Source of the DNA: Collinsella sp.
GTDB lineage: Bacteria > Actinomycetota > Coriobacteriia > Coriobacteriales > Coriobacteriaceae
Direction: 5' to 3'
DNA length: 64,000 bases
Assembly (NCBI GenBank): GCA_036298675.1
Contig: JAXJIO010000031.1
Coordinates: 21,386 to 85,385 of the forward strand
Part shown: one piece after another, positions 60,036-64,000 of the stretch
How the letters are laid out: every line of letters starts with the position of its first letter
Numbering within the stretch: position 1 is the stretch's first letter
Notes under the pieces: generated by a model
Database searches by the model: none
Seen by the model: only the letters and a program-made list of their open reading frames with translations
What the model was told of the DNA's origin: nothing
Program-made: the position numbers and the translations under genes

Positions 60036-63000
60036 CTAGCGGCGCCTACGGTACAGGACCGCGCCGCCCGCTGCGGTCAGCGCGCCGATGCCGGCCATGG
60101 CGCCGAGTGCCTCAACCGGCAGGCTGCGGTCGCCGGTGTCGGGCATGCCGCCCTTGGAGCCGTCGCCGCTAGAGCCGCTGCCGGAGCCGTTATCTGAACC
60201 GCCGTCCGAGCCGCCGCCCGGCGTGCCGGGGTTCTCGGGGGTGCCGGGGGTCCCGGGACCCTCGGCATAGTTGTTGGTGAAGACCGGCGGCAGGTTGGCG
60301 TCGCCCTCGTAGGAGACCTTCGCCGACAGGTAGCCCGTCTTGGAGCCGTCGGCCGCCTCGTCGCTCACCGTGACGACAATCTTGTGCACGGCCTTGTCGT
60401 AGGTCACGTGTGCCTGGCCATCGTCGACCTCGCTCACCGTGAAGGTGTAGGTACCGGCCTGCTTGAAGGTCAGCGCGTCGAACGTGACGCTGCCGTCGGC
60501 GGCGTTCTTGGCGGTCGACATGACCTTGCCGTCCCGGCTCTTGAGCTCAAAGCTAAACTGCCCCGCCTTGAGCTCGGCGCCCTTGAGCACCTTGGCGGCG
60601 CCCAGCTTGAGGGTGACGGGCGCAGCCTCGTAGCCGTTGGTGAACGTCACCGAGCCATCGCCCGTGGGATTGCCCTCGGCATCCACAAGGTCGTGCTTGA
60701 CGGTGAGCTTGCCGTTGCCGGCATCGGTGACCGTCGTGCGCACGCGGTGCACCGCCCTGTCGTACGTCACGCCGCCCGCCGCGCCGGCGACCTCGCGCAG
60801 CTCGTAGCTATGCGTGCCGGGCGCGATATAGGTGACGGGGCTGAGCTCCACAGTGCCGTCTGCGGCGTTCTTGCCCGTCGCCGCAATACTCTCGCTGCCG
60901 TCGGCGTTGATCTCGATCAGCTGGAACTCGAACTCGCCCTCGGCCAGGTCGCGGCCCTTGAGCTTCTTGTTCACCTTGATCTGGTCGGTGACAGAGCTCG
61001 GCGTCGGGTCCACGCCGTAGGTGTTGGTGAACTCGAACGCGCCCTTGCCCTCGGGCGTGCCCTCGGCGGGCAGGACCTCCGCGACGAGCGTGCCCGCGTT
61101 GGTGTCCTCGACCACCTTGACCGTGAAGGTCCTGGACGCCACCGCGTCATTGACCACGCCGTCGACCGAGCCGGACTCGCTCACCCGGTAGGCGAACGTC
61201 TTGGTGCGCATGCCATCGCCGTCGATCGCGGCATCGTCGAGGTCACTCGGCTGCTTGAACGTGACGTGGCCCAGCTCGACGTTGCCGGCGGCATCGTTGA
61301 CCGCCTCGGTCACCGTCTTGCCGGAGGCGTCGACCGGTGCGGGCGCGCCGTCCAGCGGCTCAATCTTAAAGGTGTACTTGCCCTCGATGTCGGCCTGCGT
61401 CAGGCCGAGTCCGGCCTGGCCGAGCGCCAGCGTCTTGGTGCCCGCGAGGTCGACTGTCGCCTCGTTGGTGCCGTAGCCGTTTACGAACGACAGCGTGTCG
61501 CCGGAGCCCTCGGGGTAGACCACGCTAACGTCCAGCCCGCCCTTGTCGTCATCTGCCACCTTGACCGTGATGCCGAAGCTCGACGCGGCCGCCGTCACGC
61601 CCGCGGACAGCTGGTCCGTGCCGTCCTCGGATACGGTATAGGGAATGACCCAGGAGCCGTCGGCGGCCCTGGTGGCGATGCCGTCCGCCACCATCTGCTC
61701 GAGAGCGTCGGTGGTGTAGGCAATGGACGAGAACGCGAGCCCCGCGGCCTCGCCGTCGCCGGAGGCCCGGTTGGTCGCGGTCGCGACCACGTTGCCCCGG
61801 GCATCGCGGACGGAGAACGAGAACTCGCCCGCTGCCGCGGCGCGACCCGTCAGCGTCTTGGTGGCGTTAATTGCCACGTTGCCCTCGCCGCCGAGCGTTC
61901 CGGTGGCCTCGTAGGAGTTCTCGAACGCGACCGTCACGGGCGCAGACGTCGCCGTGACGTCATCTGCTGTGGAGACCTCGCTGCGGGCGACCTCGACACC
62001 GTCCCTGGCAACCGTGGTCGTGACCGCGAGCTTGCCCGTCGCGGCGTCGTAGCCGGGCGCGATGGTCACCGTGCGCGGCGCGGTGTCGTTGGTGTAGCCC
62101 TCACCGCCGAGCTTGGTCTCGGTGACGGTGAAGCTGTAGGTCTTGCCCGCGTCGGCATCGGTGAACTTCACGTCGCTGCCCGCAGCACCGCCGATGAGGT
62201 TGACCAGGTCGGCCGTGCCGTCATCGGCCGCAGCCACGGCGTAGGCGTCCCCGTCGGTCTTGAGGCCGAGCTTGGCGGCCGTCTCGGCGTCCGCGGTCAC
62301 GGTGAAGGCGAACTGCCCCGCCTCCATGGCGCGGCCACAGAGCGTCTTGGACAGGCGCACGCCCGCGCGGGCCGAGTAGTCGAGCTCGGTCGTGTAGGTG
62401 TTGACGAAGTCGCCGCCGCTCACCTCCGCGATCGCGGGCGTCGTGGCCGTGAGGTTGCCGGAGCCGTCGTCGGTCACGGTCACCGTCATCGTGGCGACGT
62501 GGCCGTCGTAGGCCACGCCGGCGATGGCGGAGCCGTCATCGGGCCTGGCCTCGCTCACCGTGTAGGTGAAGGTCTTGGCGCGCACGCGCTTGCCGCCGAC
62601 CTCGGCGAACCCGGCGTCCTTGATGTCGTCGAGCGTGTAGCGGATGGAGCCGAAGTCGAAGGCGACCTTAGCGTCCGCCTTGGTACCGGCGGCGGCCGTC
62701 ACGCTGACGGTCTTGGAGCCGGCGGCGGAACCCTCGGGCATGGGCGCGCCGCCCTCGCCCGTAAGCGTGAACTGGAAGCTGTCGTCCTCCGCCCAGTCGC
62801 GGCCCTTGAGTGTCTTAGTGAAGAGCCCCGCGGTGGAGACGTCCCTGCCCTCGGTGGCCGTTCCGTACGTGTTGGTGAACGCCGCGGTCGCACCGTCCTC
62901 GGTCACGGTGCCCTCGGCCTTGGAGCCGTCAGCCCCGTTAACAGCAGTCGTGTAGCCCTCGGCCGCATCCTCGGTCACGGTGTAGCGCACGCCCACGGGC

Positions 63001-64000
63001 AGGCCGGCGACGGTCTTCTTCTCGCCGTCCTTAAGCGTGAAGGTCGCCTTGCCGTCCGCGAACGTCACGGCGTTCTCGCCCTTGCCGAAGGTGCCGGAGA
63101 CGGGCTCGCCGTCCCCATCGGTCAGCGTGACCGCAAAGCCGAACTCGCGCTGGCTGTCGCCGCCGACGACCGTCTTCTTGACGGTGAGGCTGCCCTCGCG
63201 GGGCACGCTGTTGTGGGTCGTGTTGGTCTGCGACTCGTTCTCGCCCACCTCGACCGTGGCGGTGTTGGCGATGTCGTCGACCACGGCGGCTTCGGCGGAG
63301 ACCTTCACGTCGAAGCTGAGCGTGCCCGCGGCGCCCGCAGTCTGCTCGCCGAGCGACCAGGTAAGAGTGCGCGTCGCGGCGTCGTAGGCGGCGCCGTCGG
63401 CAGAGCCCTCGACGTAGTCAACGCCCTTGGGCAGGACATCGGTCACCGTCACGTCGGCCGCCTGCGCGGCGCCCCTGTCGTCGACGCTGTTATTGGCCCA
63501 GCCGATGGTATAGGTGAGAGTATCGCCCACGCCCACCGGCTTGCCGTCCACATCGACCCTGGCGCCCGAGGCGTCCGCCTTGGTGACGGTCTTGGTGTTG
63601 TCGTGCGGCGTGAAGGTGTTGGTGAAAGTCTTCTTGCCCCGCTCGTTGGAGATCTCGGCCTTAAGACCGGCACCAGTCTGAGTCACTGTGATGTCGAAGG
63701 TGTAGGCATGCGCATCGTCCTCAATCAGGACATCGCCGTTTGCTTTCTCGGTCACGGTCGCGTGGTAGGTACCCAGATTGGTGAAGCTGAGCTCGCCAAA
63801 GGAAACCTTGCCGTCCTTGTTATTCTTCGCCTCGATTGGGTAGCCTTCGAGCACATTGCCCGCACCGTCGGTGAGGGAGAGCACAAAGGTGAATTCCCCC
63901 TCCTGGAGGCCGGGCTTGCGGCCGCCTGCGAGCACCTTGGTGAGCTCGGGGACGGACGCCGTGGCGGGAGCAGGGTCGAAGGTGTTGGTGAAAGCGGCGG
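60036..64000 (-). CDS. Second giant cell-wall-anchored adhesin (3' part; the N-terminus lies beyond the window end)
   Basis: The frame stays open to position 64000; the upstream codons read ..FTNTFDPAPATASVPELTKVLAGG, i.e. another repeat. The protein has FctA-type repeats, a DUF11-like segment (VTDVLPKGVDYVEGS...LTWSLGE) and a SpaA/CnaB-like segment (LTVKKTVVGG...VRYTVTE). A Gly/Ser/Pro stalk is followed by MPDTGD, a TM segment and RRRR. Confidence 0.88.
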   Translation of the reverse strand, partial: AAFTNTFDPAPATASVPELTKVLAGGRKPGLQEGEFTFVLSLTDGAGNVLEGYPIEAKNNKDGKVSFGELSFTNLGTYHATVTEKANGDVLIEDDAHAYTFDITVTQTGAGLKAEISNERGKKTFTNTFTPHDNTKTVTKADASGARVDVDGKPVGVGDTLTYTIGWANNSVDDRGAAQAADVTVTDVLPKGVDYVEGSADGAAYDAATRTLTWSLGEQTAGAAGTLSFDVKVSAEAAVVDDIANTATVEVGENESQTNTTHNSVPREGSLTVKKTVVGGDSQREFGFAVTLTDGDGEPVSGTFGKGENAVTFADGKATFTLKDGEKKTVAGLPVGVRYTVTEDAAEGYTTAVNGADGSKAEGTVTEDGATAAFTNTYGTATEGRDVSTAGLFTKTLKGRDWAEDDSFQFTLTGEGGAPMPEGSAAGSKTVSVTAAAGTKADAKVAFDFGSIRYTLDDIKDAGFAEVGGKRVRAKTFTYTVSEARPDDGSAIAGVAYDGHVATMTVTVTDDGSGNLTATTPAIAEVSGGDFVNTYTTELDYSARAGVRLSKTLCGRAMEAGQFAFTVTADAETAAKLGLKTDGDAYAVAAADDGTADLVNLIGGAAGSDVKFTDADAGKTYSFTVTETKLGGEGYTNDTAPRTVTIAPGYDAATGKLAVTTTVARDGVEVARSEVSTADDVTATSAPVTVAFENSYEATGTLGGEGNVAINATKTLTGRAAAAGEFSFSVRDARGNVVATATNRASGDGEAAGLAFSSIAYTTDALEQMVADGIATRAADGSWVIPYTVSEDGTDQLSAGVTAAASSFGITVKVADDDKGGLDVSVVYPEGSGDTLSFVNGYGTNEATVDLAGTKTLALGQAGLGLTQADIEGKYTFKIEPLDGAPAPVDASGKTVTEAVNDAAGNVELGHVTFKQPSDLDDAAIDGDGMRTKTFAYRVSESGSVDGVVNDAVASRTFTVKVVEDTNAGTLVAEVLPAEGTPEGKGAFEFTNTYGVDPTPSSVTDQIKVNKKLKGRDLAEGEFEFQLIEINADGSESIAATGKNAADGTVELSPVTYIAPGTHSYELREVAGAAGGVTYDRAVHRVRTTVTDAGNGKLTVKHDLVDAEGNPTGDGSVTFTNGYEAAPVTLKLGAAKVLKGAELKAGQFSFELKSRDGKVMSTAKNAADGSVTFDALTFKQAGTYTFTVSEVDDGQAHVTYDKAVHKIVVTVSDEAADGSKTGYLSAKVSYEGDANLPPVFTNNYAEGPGTPGTPENPGTPGGGSDGGSDNGSGSGSSGDGSKGGMPDTGDRSLPVEALGAMAGIGALTAAGGAVLYRRRR

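Noticed and set aside
1-64000. I searched for tRNA, rRNA, tmRNA, RNase P and SRP RNA signatures, and for transposase, integrase, phage, toxin-antitoxin and cas genes.
   Set aside because: Reading the intergenic regions and ORF translations turned up no T-loop/acceptor patterns, no conserved ncRNA cores and no matching protein motifs. An Infernal/tRNAscan run would be needed to exclude small RNAs formally.

Overview
This is a 64-kb chromosomal window from a high-GC Gram-positive organism. Gene content and codon style suggest a Coriobacteriia-like Actinomycetota gut anaerobe, but that is inference and was not verified. All calls come from reading the ORF translations and the DNA by eye; no BLAST or HMM searches were run. 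I support about 44 protein genes:
- Surface proteins: two giant sortase-anchored adhesins (2760 aa, and more than 1320 aa truncated by the window edge) and a coiled-coil surface protein.
- Transport: an M20 peptidase plus amino-acid ABC importer block, two MarR/ABC-type exporter pairs, two MFS transporters, and Kup next to a short KdpD/KdpE pair.
- Sugar locus: an ascorbate-family PTS flanked by two transaldolase-family paralogs, with a divergent DeoR regulator.
- Other: a LysR-controlled SDR-MFS-Gfo/Idh/MocA operon, Tex, RlmKL, an LtaS-like sulfatase, a GGDEF protein, a LMW tyrosine phosphatase, PdxK, and two AAA+ ATPase/DUF4143 paralogs.

I found no rRNA, tRNA, CRISPR array, transposase, integrase or phage gene, and no clear multi-gene novel system such as a defense island. 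The most unusual content is non-coding, because the intergenic space is crowded with structured repeats:
1. A BIME-like mosaic of GGGAYGnnnTTTCC units in alternating orientation with exact 33/29-bp phasing, present at two loci.
2. A 33-bp perfect palindrome family that always lies just 3' of a stop codon.
3. Phased direct-repeat arrays (32 and 33 bp) in the leaders of both DUF4143 ATPase genes.
4. Several long MITE-like hairpins.

The coding oddities worth follow-up are:
- an LpdD-like/IDI-like fusion protein;
- a truncated KdpD/KdpE pair sitting next to kup instead of kdpFABC;
- non-canonical sorting signals ([LM][PA][ND][TM]GD);
- a PTS bracketed by duplicated transaldolase-like genes.
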